From assembly GCA_963790205.1 (NCBI GenBank), contig CAWBNQ010000001.1, positions 1,088,001 through 1,152,000 on the forward strand: DNA of 64,000 nt, written 5' to 3'. The notes under the pieces were generated by a model, which saw only the letters and a list, made by a program, of their open reading frames with translations, had not been told where the DNA came from and made no database searches. Position 1 is the stretch's first letter. Each line of letters starts with the position of its first letter. Positions 27,969-38,043 of the stretch are shown one piece after another. A program made the translations under genes and the position numbers. This stretch comes from Nitrospirota bacterium (GTDB taxonomy: Bacteria > Nitrospirota > UBA9217).

Positions 27969-28169
27969 ATGATCTGGAACAACCATCGCGGAGCAGTTAA
28001 TCAGGCGGCATGCGTGCTTGGAGCGTTTCGCCGTGAATATTCTGACGCGCGCGGCGCTCAAAAGACAACACCAGAACTTGTACAACGGGCAATTGACTGC
28101 GCTGTATTCATTATTTGGAGCATCGGCAGCTTGCTCTGAACAATTGTAGGGAATGTTGAGAGGATCGTC

Positions 28170-28532
28170 ATGCCTCTTCACATCAAGAATCCAACGGTGA
28201 TCAAAGCCGCGGGCAACAAGCCGAAGATCATAGAGGAGTTCGTCGGCCGCGTGAATTCGAAAACAGCGGCCGTGAGCATCGCGCGTATGAAAAGCCCCTC
28301 GGGCTGGACCGAGCCGGGCCAGACACCGAAGTTCGACGAGTACACGCTCGTGCTTAAGGGCAGGCTGCGGGTCTTGACGAAAAACGGGAGCTACGATGTC
28401 AAAGCCGGCGAAGCAATCATAACCAACAAAGGTGAATGGGTGCAGTACAGTACTCCCGGCCCGGAGGGTGCCGAGTACATTGCCGTTTGCCTTCCTGCGT
28501 TCACGCCTGAGAGCGTTCACCGGGATGGGTAA
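28170..28532 (+). CDS. Cupin domain protein
   Basis: GWTEPGQTPKFDEYTLVLKG...GEWVQYSTP. Confidence 0.85.
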   Translation: MPLHIKNPTVIKAAGNKPKIIEEFVGRVNSKTAAVSIARMKSPSGWTEPGQTPKFDEYTLVLKGRLRVLTKNGSYDVKAGEAIITNKGEWVQYSTPGPEGAEYIAVCLPAFTPESVHRDG

Positions 28533-28673
28533 AAATTCAAAGTTCGGAGTTGGAGTACTGAGTTCATCGTTCAGAAGAATATTTAAATTTCCCCCCTCTG
28601 TTCCTTCTGATATAATGAATCCGTAAGCAGTAAAATCCATTGTGATCGTCATTTCCCGACGCCAGGTGATTCC

Positions 28674-31334
28674 ATGTCCGGTTCCCAGACTGCTGAAACG
28701 CACAAAGCTATCTACCTCAAAGATTACCGTCCGCCCGATTACCGGATCGAGACCGTAAACCTCGAATTCGACCTCGACGAAACGCGGACGCGCGTCAAAT
28801 CGCTCATGACCGTGGCCTGCAACCACGACCGGTGCGAAGGCATCCATCCCCTGGTCCTGAACGGCCGGGATCTCGCGCTCAAGGCCATCAGGCTCGACGG
28901 GCAGCCCTTGGGCGAGCACGACTACAAGCTCGATGAGACGTCGCTCTTGATCCTGCCGGTCCCGGACCGGTTTACCCTCGAGATAGAGACCGAGATCGAT
29001 CCAAAAAACAATACGGAACTTTCAGGCCTGTACATGTCGGCGAGCGGCTTCTACACCCAGTGCGAGGCCGAAGGCTTCCGCAAGATCACCTTTTATCCCG
29101 ACCGTCCCGATGTCATGGCGCAGTTCTTCACCACCATCGTGGGGGACAAAAAGAAATATCCCGTGCTGCTCTCGAACGGGAACCTCATCGGCTCGGGCGT
29201 GATGAAGGACGGCCGACACTTTGCCAAGTGGCACGATCCCTTCCCCAAGCCGGCGTATCTCTTTGCCCTCGTGGCCGGGGACCTCGCCCGCGTCGAAGAC
29301 AGGTTTATGACGATGTCCGGCCGGGACGTGACGCTCCACATCTATGTTCAGCATCACAACATTGACAAGTGCGCCCACGCCATGGAGTCGCTCAAGCTGG
29401 CCATGAAATGGGACGAGGAGACCTACGGCAGGGAGTACGACCTGGACCTCTTCATGATCGTTGCGACCGACGACTTCAACATGGGCGCCATGGAGAACAA
29501 GGGCCTGAACATCTTCAATTCAAAGTACGTGCTCGCAAGACCGGATACCGCCACGGACGCGGACTTCCAGGGCATCATGGGCGTCGTGGGCCATGAGTAC
29601 TTCCACAACTGGTCCGGCGACCGCGTCACCTGCCGCGACTGGTTCCAGCTCTCGCTCAAAGAAGGCTTTACCGTGTTCCGGGACCAGCAGTTCATGGAGG
29701 ACATGACCTCGCGCGGCGTGAAGCGCATCAGCGACGTGAATATCCTGCGCACCCATCAGTTCCGCGAAGACAGCGGGCCCATGGCCCACCCGGTGCGGCC
29801 CGAGTCCTACGTCGAGATCAACAATTTCTACACCCTCACGGTCTACAACAAGGGCGCCGAGGTGATCCGCATGATGAGGACGCTCCTTGGAACGGAGGGA
29901 TTCCGCAAAGGCACGGACCTTTACTTCTCGCGCCACGACCACAAGGCCGTCACGACCGACGATTTCGTCAAGGCCATGGAAGACGCAACCGGCGTGGACC
30001 TTTCCCAGTTCAAGCTTTGGTACTCCCAGGCAGGCACGCCCGAGCTTCACGTGGCGCGCGATTATGATGCGAAGTCGAAAACCTATACGCTCACGATCAA
30101 ACAGACCTGCCCGCCCACGCCGGGGCAGCCGGAGAAAGGGCCCTTCCATATTCCCGTCGCCGTAGGATTGATAGGCGAGGAGGGGAGGGACCTTCCGTTA
30201 ACGCTTGACGGGGCAACGGGGGGGCGGGGCGACGAGGTGACGAAAATACTCGAGATAAAAAAACAAAAAGAAACGTTCATTTTCAGAAATATCCCTCATG
30301 AGCCTGTTCCGTCGGTCCTGCGTCACTTCTCGGCGCCCGTCAAGGTAAAGCTCGAGCTTACCGGCAAGGAGCGCCTGTTCCTCATGGCGCACGACAGCGA
30401 CGAATTCAATCGCTGGGACGCGGGCCAGCAGCTCGAGGTAAAGCTCATCCTGGACTTGATCAAGGATTTTCAACAGGGCAGGACGCTCAAGCTCGACCGT
30501 TCCTTTATGAGCGCGTTCAGCGCGACGCTTGAAAGCAAAATGCAGGACCAGGCATTCCAGGCTTTCGCTCTCTCGCTTCCCGCCGAGCAGTATCTTTCGG
30601 ATTTCATGGACGTGATCGACCCCACGGCTGTTCATGAGGCGCGGAGATACATGCAGAAGACGCTGGCCGCGGAACTGAAGGAAACCTTCCACGCCGTGTA
30701 TTACACCAACCAGGACACGGGCCCCTACCGCATCGACCAGGCGTCCGTCGGACGCCGGAGCCTCAAGAATATCTGCCTTGCCTATCTCATGGAACTGGAT
30801 GAGCCCGGCATTCGAAAGCTTTGCTTGGAACAGTATCGGACCGCCGGAAACATGACCGACGCCATTACGGCACTGGCAAATCTCGCGAATACCGATTGCC
30901 CGGAGAGGCAGGAGGCGCTTGCCGCGTTCTATGAAAAATGGAAGGACGATCCCCTTGTGCTGGACAAGTGGCTTTCCATCCAAGCGCTGTCGCGCTTGCC
31001 GGACGCGCTCGAGGCCGTGAAGGCGCTCACGCGCCATCCTTCCTTCAATATCAAGAACCCCAACAAGGTGCGCGCCCTTATCGGGGCCTTTTCAGCCAAC
31101 ACGGTGCGGTTCCATGACCCGGGCGGCGAAGGGTATGCGTTCCTTGCGGACCAGGTCCTCGCTCTCGACCTCATGAATCCCCAGATCGCGGCGCGGCTCG
31201 TCTCGGCATTCACCTTGTGGAAGAGGTATGACGAGAAACGGAAAGCCTTAATGAAAACACAGCTCGAAAGGATACTGAATGCGCCGAAGCTGTCGAAAGA
31301 CGTGCACGAGATTGTGTCAAAAAGCCTGGCGTAG
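28674..31334 (+). CDS. pepN: Aminopeptidase N (M1 family)
   Basis: GAMENKGLN, HEYFHNW..., KEG, NNFYT, C-terminal NPNKVRAL. Confidence 0.97.
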   Translation: MSGSQTAETHKAIYLKDYRPPDYRIETVNLEFDLDETRTRVKSLMTVACNHDRCEGIHPLVLNGRDLALKAIRLDGQPLGEHDYKLDETSLLILPVPDRFTLEIETEIDPKNNTELSGLYMSASGFYTQCEAEGFRKITFYPDRPDVMAQFFTTIVGDKKKYPVLLSNGNLIGSGVMKDGRHFAKWHDPFPKPAYLFALVAGDLARVEDRFMTMSGRDVTLHIYVQHHNIDKCAHAMESLKLAMKWDEETYGREYDLDLFMIVATDDFNMGAMENKGLNIFNSKYVLARPDTATDADFQGIMGVVGHEYFHNWSGDRVTCRDWFQLSLKEGFTVFRDQQFMEDMTSRGVKRISDVNILRTHQFREDSGPMAHPVRPESYVEINNFYTLTVYNKGAEVIRMMRTLLGTEGFRKGTDLYFSRHDHKAVTTDDFVKAMEDATGVDLSQFKLWYSQAGTPELHVARDYDAKSKTYTLTIKQTCPPTPGQPEKGPFHIPVAVGLIGEEGRDLPLTLDGATGGRGDEVTKILEIKKQKETFIFRNIPHEPVPSVLRHFSAPVKVKLELTGKERLFLMAHDSDEFNRWDAGQQLEVKLILDLIKDFQQGRTLKLDRSFMSAFSATLESKMQDQAFQAFALSLPAEQYLSDFMDVIDPTAVHEARRYMQKTLAAELKETFHAVYYTNQDTGPYRIDQASVGRRSLKNICLAYLMELDEPGIRKLCLEQYRTAGNMTDAITALANLANTDCPERQEALAAFYEKWKDDPLVLDKWLSIQALSRLPDALEAVKALTRHPSFNIKNPNKVRALIGAFSANTVRFHDPGGEGYAFLADQVLALDLMNPQIAARLVSAFTLWKRYDEKRKALMKTQLERILNAPKLSKDVHEIVSKSLA

Positions 31335-31361
31335 AGTCACCATGACACCGGTCCGTATCCG

Positions 31362-31727
31362 ATGAAGCCTCCTCTCTTCCGGCAGGCGCTGCCGGGGTCT
31401 GCCATCGTGCTCATTGTTGATGACGAACCCTCCACCCGAGAAGCCTCCTTCTATGATGTATGCTCCGGACCGCAGGGTATGTTGTTCTCGAGGCCTCGTC
31501 CGGTCCCGAGGCCCTGGAAGAGCGCCGGGCAGCAGTGCAAGATCGATATTCTCCTGACGATATCATCATGACCGGCCGCATGCTGGCCGAGATCCTCAGT
31601 ACCCGGTTATCGGTCTGGATATGATCTTCATGTCATGATACATCGATGACTCGCGCAGTGAGACCATGGAGCAGGGCCTCCATTACATCCAGCAGCCGTT
31701 GAACTGGAAGAAACTGGAGGATATAAC
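31362..31727 (+). pseudogene. Degraded response-regulator receiver domain
   Basis: VLIVDDEP, then after frameshifts IDILLTDIIM, IFMS*Y, YIQQP. Confidence 0.65.
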
Positions 31728-31957
31728 ATGATTTACAGGGAAAAAGGGAAAAGGGAACCTGAACCCCCTCCAGCCGATTAGCAACCCCCCCCCTAATCCG
31801 CATTTGACCAACCCTCAGGACCGGTCCAAAAGACCGCCGGGCAGGCGATTGGGCTAGAACTGATGCAATGCAAAACCGTAACTTTAGGTTGATTTTTCAG
31901 CCGGCTCCAGGTTAAAAATAGTATACTCTTTTTCGGCTTGGCTTCGGGTAAAACAGA

Positions 31958-34645
31958 ATGGCATACATCAACGATTCCGACAAAGGAATCAGAAAAATCT
32001 ATACAATAATAGCGTACACAAGCACATCCGTTACCGCAGTTTTCGGGATTGCGGGTCTTGCAGCCTGGTGGCTCGTTCATCCGCGCTCCGACAGTCTTTT
32101 GATGGCCCCGGCAACGGCCGTGTCGTTCATGATGCTGGGCAGTGCCTTGCTGCTCAAGGCCGGAGGGGGCAGCCGTCCTTTCGTTCGGCAGTCGGCCCGG
32201 GGCATTACGATCGCGGTGACCTTCTTTTCCATCCTGGTCGTATTGCAGGCTGTCGCGGGCATCGTGCTCGGGATGGAAATATTCTTCCCCCGCGCCGATG
32301 GAGCTTCCCCGCAGGTTCCGATCGACCGCATGCACGCTGTTACCGCCGCAATTTTTTCATTGTCAGGGCTTTCCGCCATACCGCTTTTTTTCAAGAGCGT
32401 CTCAAAAATCCCCATAAAATATGTCTCGGTTGCGATGTCCTCACTGTTGTTCACCGCAGGCGCTCTTCTTGCGGCTTCCTGCTGGGAGGGGACGCCGCTT
32501 CTCTATAACGGCAACACCATATTGGTAAACTTGTCCACGGCGCTCGGCTTTCTCACGCTCGGGCTCGGAGTTCATTCATTGTCAGCCCTGCAGAGTCCCT
32601 CCGAGAAGTGTGAAGACGACCTTGAACGCCATTCTCTGAGAAGAGAGCTTCCGGCGGTCCTCACTCTGAGTACTGGAATTGCCTTGGCTGTTGTATTCTT
32701 CACCATTGTGCACCGGCTGGAATTTAAGGCAATTCAGAATGAATTCAACCGTGACACCGAAAACTTCTCGGTGGCGCTTGAGAGGGGTGTTGAAGGGAAA
32801 CTGAACGCACTCCGCGACCTCGAGGGTTTTTACGGATCTTCCGCTCACGTGACAAGGGCCGCTTTCCATACCTATGTGAACAACGTATTATCGCACAATG
32901 CCGGTATTTATGCTCTTCAATGGATGCCTCGCGTCGCGGGCGCAGAGCGAAGCGCCTACGAGGCCGCCGCGACCAGGAACGGTTTTTCACAATTCCGCTT
33001 TACGAAGCTGAACGCGCAAAGGCAGGTCGTCACTGCCGATGAGCGGGATGAGTACTTTCCCGTCTACTATACGGAGCCATACCGGGAAAACAGGATGACG
33101 CTCGGTCTGGACCTCGCATCGATTCCCGCCCGCAAGCTACTTCTCGATAAGGCACGGGATACGGGAGCGGCGGTAGCCACTGGCAGGCTCAGGTTGCTCC
33201 AGGAAAAAGGCGACAAATACGCCTTTCTCGCAATACAGCCCGTCTATCGCACTGGTTTGCCTCATTATACGCTTAAAGACCGTCGAAGGAATCTGATCGG
33301 CTTTGTTTCCGGAGTTTTTTATATCGGAGAACTGGCCGAAGCTGCATTAAAAGGAATTAATCTGGAAGGAATTAAAATCTCCCTGGTTGACGATTCCGCT
33401 CCGCCGGATGAGGCCGCGCTCTACTCAAATCTCACACAAGAGAATTCCGCAGGCAGCATTTTATACTTTCTCACAACACTGAATATCGCGGACCGAAAAT
33501 GGGCGGTGGAATTCTACCCGACAGATCAGTACCTGTCGGCGCATAAGACCCCCTACTCATGGGCGATTCTCGGCTGTGGGTTCGGTTTTACCATTCTGCT
33601 TACCTTATACGCTTCCAAGAGAGAACGATATGCTTCGGAAATCGAGCGATCAAACAAAATCATCGGAACTGTCCTGAACAGCATAGACGCAGCTATCTCT
33701 ATCATCGGTTCAAAAGATTTGAAGATACTGGCGTGCAACAAGGTGTTCATGCAAGAGGCAGGAGTGGAGGAGGAGATCGTTGGCAAGCCGTGCCACGAGG
33801 TGCTGTATAAGAGAGTACCAACCTGTCGCGAGGAATGCATCGTGAGACGCGCGATGGAAACAGGGGAGCATGCCGTCCGCGAGCATCTCCATTACACCCC
33901 TGACGGAGCAGAAAGACATCGCGAGGTCAGCGTTTTTCCGGTCAAAGACGCTACGGGAAGCGTGATACAGATAGTACATGTTTCACAGGACATAACCGAG
34001 CGCAAGCAGGTGGAGCAGGCGCGGCTTCAGGAGCAGGAAATGCGCCGGCTGTCCGCGGAACGGCAGGTCGTCGAAGCGCAGCTCCGTATCCTGCAGGCCC
34101 AGATAGAGCCCCATTTCCTGTTCAATACCCTTGCAAACATAGTCAGTCTTGTTGACAACGAACCGGCAGCCGCCAAGCAAATGCTCCAATATTTCACGAC
34201 CTATTTGCGCCAGTCGCTGCAGCAGTCCAGGAAGGACAGTTCCACGCTGGGCCAGGAGGCGGACCTGCTCAAGGGCTACCTCAGCATCTTCAAGCTGCGG
34301 CTCGGTCCGCGATTGCAATTCAAAATAGATATTCCCGAAGGATTGCGCGAATTGCCGGTCCCTCCGATGCTCTTGCAGCCTCTGGTGGAAAACTCGATTA
34401 TCCATGGCATCGAACCGAAGGTCGAGGGCGGCACGATAACAGTCGCGGCAGAAAGACATGAGACACTTCTTCGGCTGGTGATCTCGGACACCGGCCTTGG
34501 CTTCACGGACCTGGTAAAAGCGAACGGCATGGGCATCAATAATGTGAAATCGCGCCTCCAGGCGCTCTACGCAGATCGCGCCGGTCTTGTTCTCGACGAG
34601 AACACCCCCTGCGGTGTAACCGCGGTCCTTGAGGTGCCGTTATGA
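31958..34645 (+). CDS. LytS/YehU-type sensor histidine kinase with TM region, CHASE and PAS domains
   Basis: EYFPVYY..P...LGLDL (CHASE); QAQIEPHFLFNTLA; LLQPLVENSIIHG; DTGLG. Confidence 0.92.
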   Translation: MAYINDSDKGIRKIYTIIAYTSTSVTAVFGIAGLAAWWLVHPRSDSLLMAPATAVSFMMLGSALLLKAGGGSRPFVRQSARGITIAVTFFSILVVLQAVAGIVLGMEIFFPRADGASPQVPIDRMHAVTAAIFSLSGLSAIPLFFKSVSKIPIKYVSVAMSSLLFTAGALLAASCWEGTPLLYNGNTILVNLSTALGFLTLGLGVHSLSALQSPSEKCEDDLERHSLRRELPAVLTLSTGIALAVVFFTIVHRLEFKAIQNEFNRDTENFSVALERGVEGKLNALRDLEGFYGSSAHVTRAAFHTYVNNVLSHNAGIYALQWMPRVAGAERSAYEAAATRNGFSQFRFTKLNAQRQVVTADERDEYFPVYYTEPYRENRMTLGLDLASIPARKLLLDKARDTGAAVATGRLRLLQEKGDKYAFLAIQPVYRTGLPHYTLKDRRRNLIGFVSGVFYIGELAEAALKGINLEGIKISLVDDSAPPDEAALYSNLTQENSAGSILYFLTTLNIADRKWAVEFYPTDQYLSAHKTPYSWAILGCGFGFTILLTLYASKRERYASEIERSNKIIGTVLNSIDAAISIIGSKDLKILACNKVFMQEAGVEEEIVGKPCHEVLYKRVPTCREECIVRRAMETGEHAVREHLHYTPDGAERHREVSVFPVKDATGSVIQIVHVSQDITERKQVEQARLQEQEMRRLSAERQVVEAQLRILQAQIEPHFLFNTLANIVSLVDNEPAAAKQMLQYFTTYLRQSLQQSRKDSSTLGQEADLLKGYLSIFKLRLGPRLQFKIDIPEGLRELPVPPMLLQPLVENSIIHGIEPKVEGGTITVAAERHETLLRLVISDTGLGFTDLVKANGMGINNVKSRLQALYADRAGLVLDENTPCGVTAVLEVPL

Positions 34646-35397
34646 GCGTACGGGTTTTGATCGCCGATGATGAACCAAAACTGGCAAAGTATCTTGCCGA
34701 ACGTCTGGTCGCACTCTGGCCCGGCGTCGAAGTCTGCGACACCGCAGCAAACGGCGACGAAGCGCTCGCAAAAATACAGGAGCGGAAACCCGACGTGGCC
34801 TTCCTCGATATCAAGATGCCGGGGATGTCCGGGCTGGAGGTCGCCAGAAAGATCAGCCATCCCTGTCTGGTGGTCTTTGTGACGGCATACCATAAGTATG
34901 CCGTGGACGCATTCGAGGAGGAGGCAGTCGATTACCTGCTCAAACCGGTGAACGATGAGCGGCTCAAAAGGACGATAACCCGCATACAAGAACGCCAGGC
35001 CGGCAAGGGCGGGGACCGGAACCTGGAAACGCTCTTGTCCAAGCTCGCCCAGACGATGGAACGCAAGGATGATTATGTGCGCTACTTCCGCGCGACCTCG
35101 GGCAAGGTCACCCGCCTCATCTCCGCCAGCGACGTCCTCTTTATACGGGCACACTCGAAATATACGCTCGTTATTACGAAGGAAGGAGAGTTTTTGATGC
35201 GCCTTTCCCTGAGCCAGCTCATCAAGCAGCTCAATCCTGAACAGTTCTGGCAAATCCATCGTTCCACGATCGTAAACGCTTCCAAGGTCATTTCCGTAAT
35301 GCAAACAGGCCGCGAAGAGCACGTGCTCCGTATCTGTGATCATGAGGCACTTCTGCCGGTGAGCAGGTCGTTTCTCCATTTGTTTAAACAGATGTGA
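34642..35397 (+). CDS. LytTR family response regulator
   Basis: IADDE, FLDIKMP, FVTAY, DYLLKP; C-terminal FWQIHRSTIVN. Confidence 0.95.
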   Translation: MSVRVLIADDEPKLAKYLAERLVALWPGVEVCDTAANGDEALAKIQERKPDVAFLDIKMPGMSGLEVARKISHPCLVVFVTAYHKYAVDAFEEEAVDYLLKPVNDERLKRTITRIQERQAGKGGDRNLETLLSKLAQTMERKDDYVRYFRATSGKVTRLISASDVLFIRAHSKYTLVITKEGEFLMRLSLSQLIKQLNPEQFWQIHRSTIVNASKVISVMQTGREEHVLRICDHEALLPVSRSFLHLFKQM

Positions 35398-35732
35398 AGG
35401 CAAAACAGGCGCTGCCGTATCGCCTTCAAGGATCATGATACTTTATTATCAATTTTCAAAGCCCTTCCCCTCCGAATAAGCGTCGTTATTCATTCCCTGT
35501 GGTCGTATTTCAATCCCTGGAATTCTTCTTTGGTCGCAAAGTAGTTGCAAGAGAGGTTGTCGCCCTATAATATTGTACCCATTCTAAAATAATCCATTTT
35601 GTGTGAAGGGGTTCAGATTTCCGTTTTTTGGTGCTATACTTAGCCCTATATACCAAGAGGTTGAATCCGTATGTTTGGCAAAAAAATGGTCAATGGTCAG
35701 ATGGGAAAGAAGATCAAAACGAAGACCGACAG

Positions 35733-35931
35733 TATGCTTACAGGTATGTCTTCGACCATCCCTATGCAGTGGTCACCGATGCCTCGGGCAAGTTCTTCAT
35801 AAAAGATATCCCGCGGAGATCTATACTATCGAAGCCCGGCACGAGGCGCTGGGAAACGAAAAAATCGCCGACGTAAACATCGAAAGTGGAAAGCCATCAC
35901 CATAAGGCTGAAATATACCAAGAAACAATAA
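35733..35931 (+). pseudogene. Frameshifted remnant paralogous to the C-terminus of the downstream gene
   Basis: HPYAVVTDASGKFFIKDIP / YTIEARHEALG..ADVNIESGK versus NPYGATTNAKGEFTIKDIPAGTYTVEAWHEALG..ANVKVESGK. Confidence 0.75.
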
Positions 35932-35954
35932 TTCTCTGATCAAGAAGGAGGTAC

Positions 35955-36671
35955 ATGATGCGAAAAGGTAGTATTTTTCTCAGTGTCTTTGCAGTAATGT
36001 TTTCTTTGTCCTCGGTTTCCTTTGCCTATGAAACAATCGAGGTCAAAAATGGAGGAAGCATTGAGGGAGTAGTGGAGTTTGCAGGAGCCAATGTTCCGAA
36101 GGACCCGATACTCCACCTCAGCTCGGAGACGAAATACTGCGGGAAAAGCCTTCCCGCGGAAAAATATATGATCAAGGACCGGAAGATCGAAAATGTGATC
36201 GTGTATCTCGTGGATGTCAAGTCCGGGAAGGCCGTTCCGACCACGCCCATCACCCTGACCAACATAAAATGCGCGTTTGAACCCCACGTTGCCGTGGGCT
36301 TCAAGGGTGGCAAGATCACCCAGCGGAACGATGATCCCATCTTCCACAATATCCATACCTATTTGAACGGAAGGACGATGTACAACATCGGTCTTCCTGA
36401 AAAAGGTTCTTCGGTCACGAAACCGCTGCTCCGGGACGGACTCTTGGAAGTGACCTGCGACAGCCATCCCTGGATGCACGGCTTCGTCCAGATACTCGAC
36501 AATCCCTATGGCGCAACCACCAATGCAAAAGGTGAATTTACGATCAAGGACATACCCGCCGGCACGTATACGGTTGAAGCCTGGCATGAAGCGCTGGGCA
36601 AAGTCAAGGAAGCGAACGTCAAGGTTGAAAGCGGAAAGACCACTAAGATCAAGATAGAATACAAAAAATAA
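35955..36671 (+). CDS. Exported cupredoxin-like protein with carboxypeptidase-regulatory-like domain
   Basis: Signal peptide; FHNIH...CDSHPWM potential type-1 copper ligands. Confidence 0.75.
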   Translation: MMRKGSIFLSVFAVMFSLSSVSFAYETIEVKNGGSIEGVVEFAGANVPKDPILHLSSETKYCGKSLPAEKYMIKDRKIENVIVYLVDVKSGKAVPTTPITLTNIKCAFEPHVAVGFKGGKITQRNDDPIFHNIHTYLNGRTMYNIGLPEKGSSVTKPLLRDGLLEVTCDSHPWMHGFVQILDNPYGATTNAKGEFTIKDIPAGTYTVEAWHEALGKVKEANVKVESGKTTKIKIEYKK

Positions 36672-36711
36672 AGGCGGTGCCATTCTAACAACTACATCTA
36701 AGGAGGAGGTC

Positions 36712-37974
36712 ATGAAAAAAGGAATTTTTTTATCGGTCCTGTCACTGCTGCTCGCTGTCATCCTGATGCCGCTCGAGTCCCAGGCTGTTCCATCCTATGC
36801 CCGGCAGGTCAAGAAGCCCTGCACCGCCTGCCACACCGTCTGGGGGAACCTGAACCAGTACGGCAGGCAGTTCAAGGTCAAGGCCTACACGGACGTGAGC
36901 CCCGACTGGGAGATGATCAACAAGGACAACATGAACCTGCCCGTGACCGCCCCGTTTTCCACGAGGGTCGTCATGGAGCCTCTGGTACATGAGAGCGGTC
37001 TCTCAACCCCGGGCTCGAGTGATGTAAACCAGGTCGCGATCTTCATGGCGGGCAGGGTTTTTGACTACGCCGGCATATTTACGAGCGCCGAGGCTGATGG
37101 TTTTGGCTCTACGGGCGGCACTTTTTCCATACCGACAGTTAAAGTGGCCTTCCAGTATCCGCTGGGAGAGGGGAATACCATCGGCCTGGTCTCCTTCGCA
37201 GGGCTTGCTGCGTCAGCAGACCCTTTTAACAGCATCGGGGGCAGGGACCGGGACCTGCTTTTTGATGACGGGACGCCCTTTATCCTGAACACCGGCTGGA
37301 CGTTCAACTTCTGGAGCCCGAACAACTTCGGTGAAGTTCTTCACGGTTATTTCATCGGGAACCGTCTCTATGCAGCCGTCGGCGTGATGAGAGGCGGAAG
37401 CGCAGGGGACGGTATCGGCGGCCTGGCGAATAATGATAAGTCGGACCCCAATGATATGTACTCGCGCATCGCCTGGGACCAGAAGCTTCCGAACGGCGCG
37501 GTCACCGTCGGGCTTGTTAACTATAACGGCACCCAGCGGATGCTTGACATCGCCGGTAACCCTGCGTACGATTCCAAGGTCAAGAGGACCTATGCCGACC
37601 TGTCGCTGGAGCAGAATTACGGAGAGGACCACCTCGTCGAAGTGCAGGCCATCTACGGAGGCGGCAAGGACGAGGACGCCTTCGGCAACAGCACGGACAG
37701 AAAGTTCAACGGCTCCTATCTTGAGGCCGATTATTATTATGACAGGACCTTCGGGGTGATCGGCGCCATCAACAACATCACCTATAAGGATGTCGTTCTC
37801 GGGGTCGACCCGAATCCGATGGATACGCAAAAGCAGTGGATGGCCGGTTTCAATTACCTGCCCTGGCTGAACACGAAATTAGCCCTTCAATTCAGCAGCA
37901 CCAAAACGACGCTTGTGGACGGCACGAGCTCGACCGACAGGATAAGCAAGGTCATTCTGGATCTGCTGTTCTAA
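36712..37974 (+). CDS. Cyc2-like monoheme cytochrome c-porin fusion
   Basis: Signal peptide then VPSYARQVKKPCTACH...LNQYGRQFK; beta-strand-rich remainder ending in Phe. Confidence 0.8.
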   Translation: MKKGIFLSVLSLLLAVILMPLESQAVPSYARQVKKPCTACHTVWGNLNQYGRQFKVKAYTDVSPDWEMINKDNMNLPVTAPFSTRVVMEPLVHESGLSTPGSSDVNQVAIFMAGRVFDYAGIFTSAEADGFGSTGGTFSIPTVKVAFQYPLGEGNTIGLVSFAGLAASADPFNSIGGRDRDLLFDDGTPFILNTGWTFNFWSPNNFGEVLHGYFIGNRLYAAVGVMRGGSAGDGIGGLANNDKSDPNDMYSRIAWDQKLPNGAVTVGLVNYNGTQRMLDIAGNPAYDSKVKRTYADLSLEQNYGEDHLVEVQAIYGGGKDEDAFGNSTDRKFNGSYLEADYYYDRTFGVIGAINNITYKDVVLGVDPNPMDTQKQWMAGFNYLPWLNTKLALQFSSTKTTLVDGTSSTDRISKVILDLLF

Positions 37975-38043
37975 CATTTATGTGAGCCCCCCGGGGGACG
38001 GACCCGCCCCCCGGGGTTTCCCCTACAAAAGCAGGAGGTAGCG

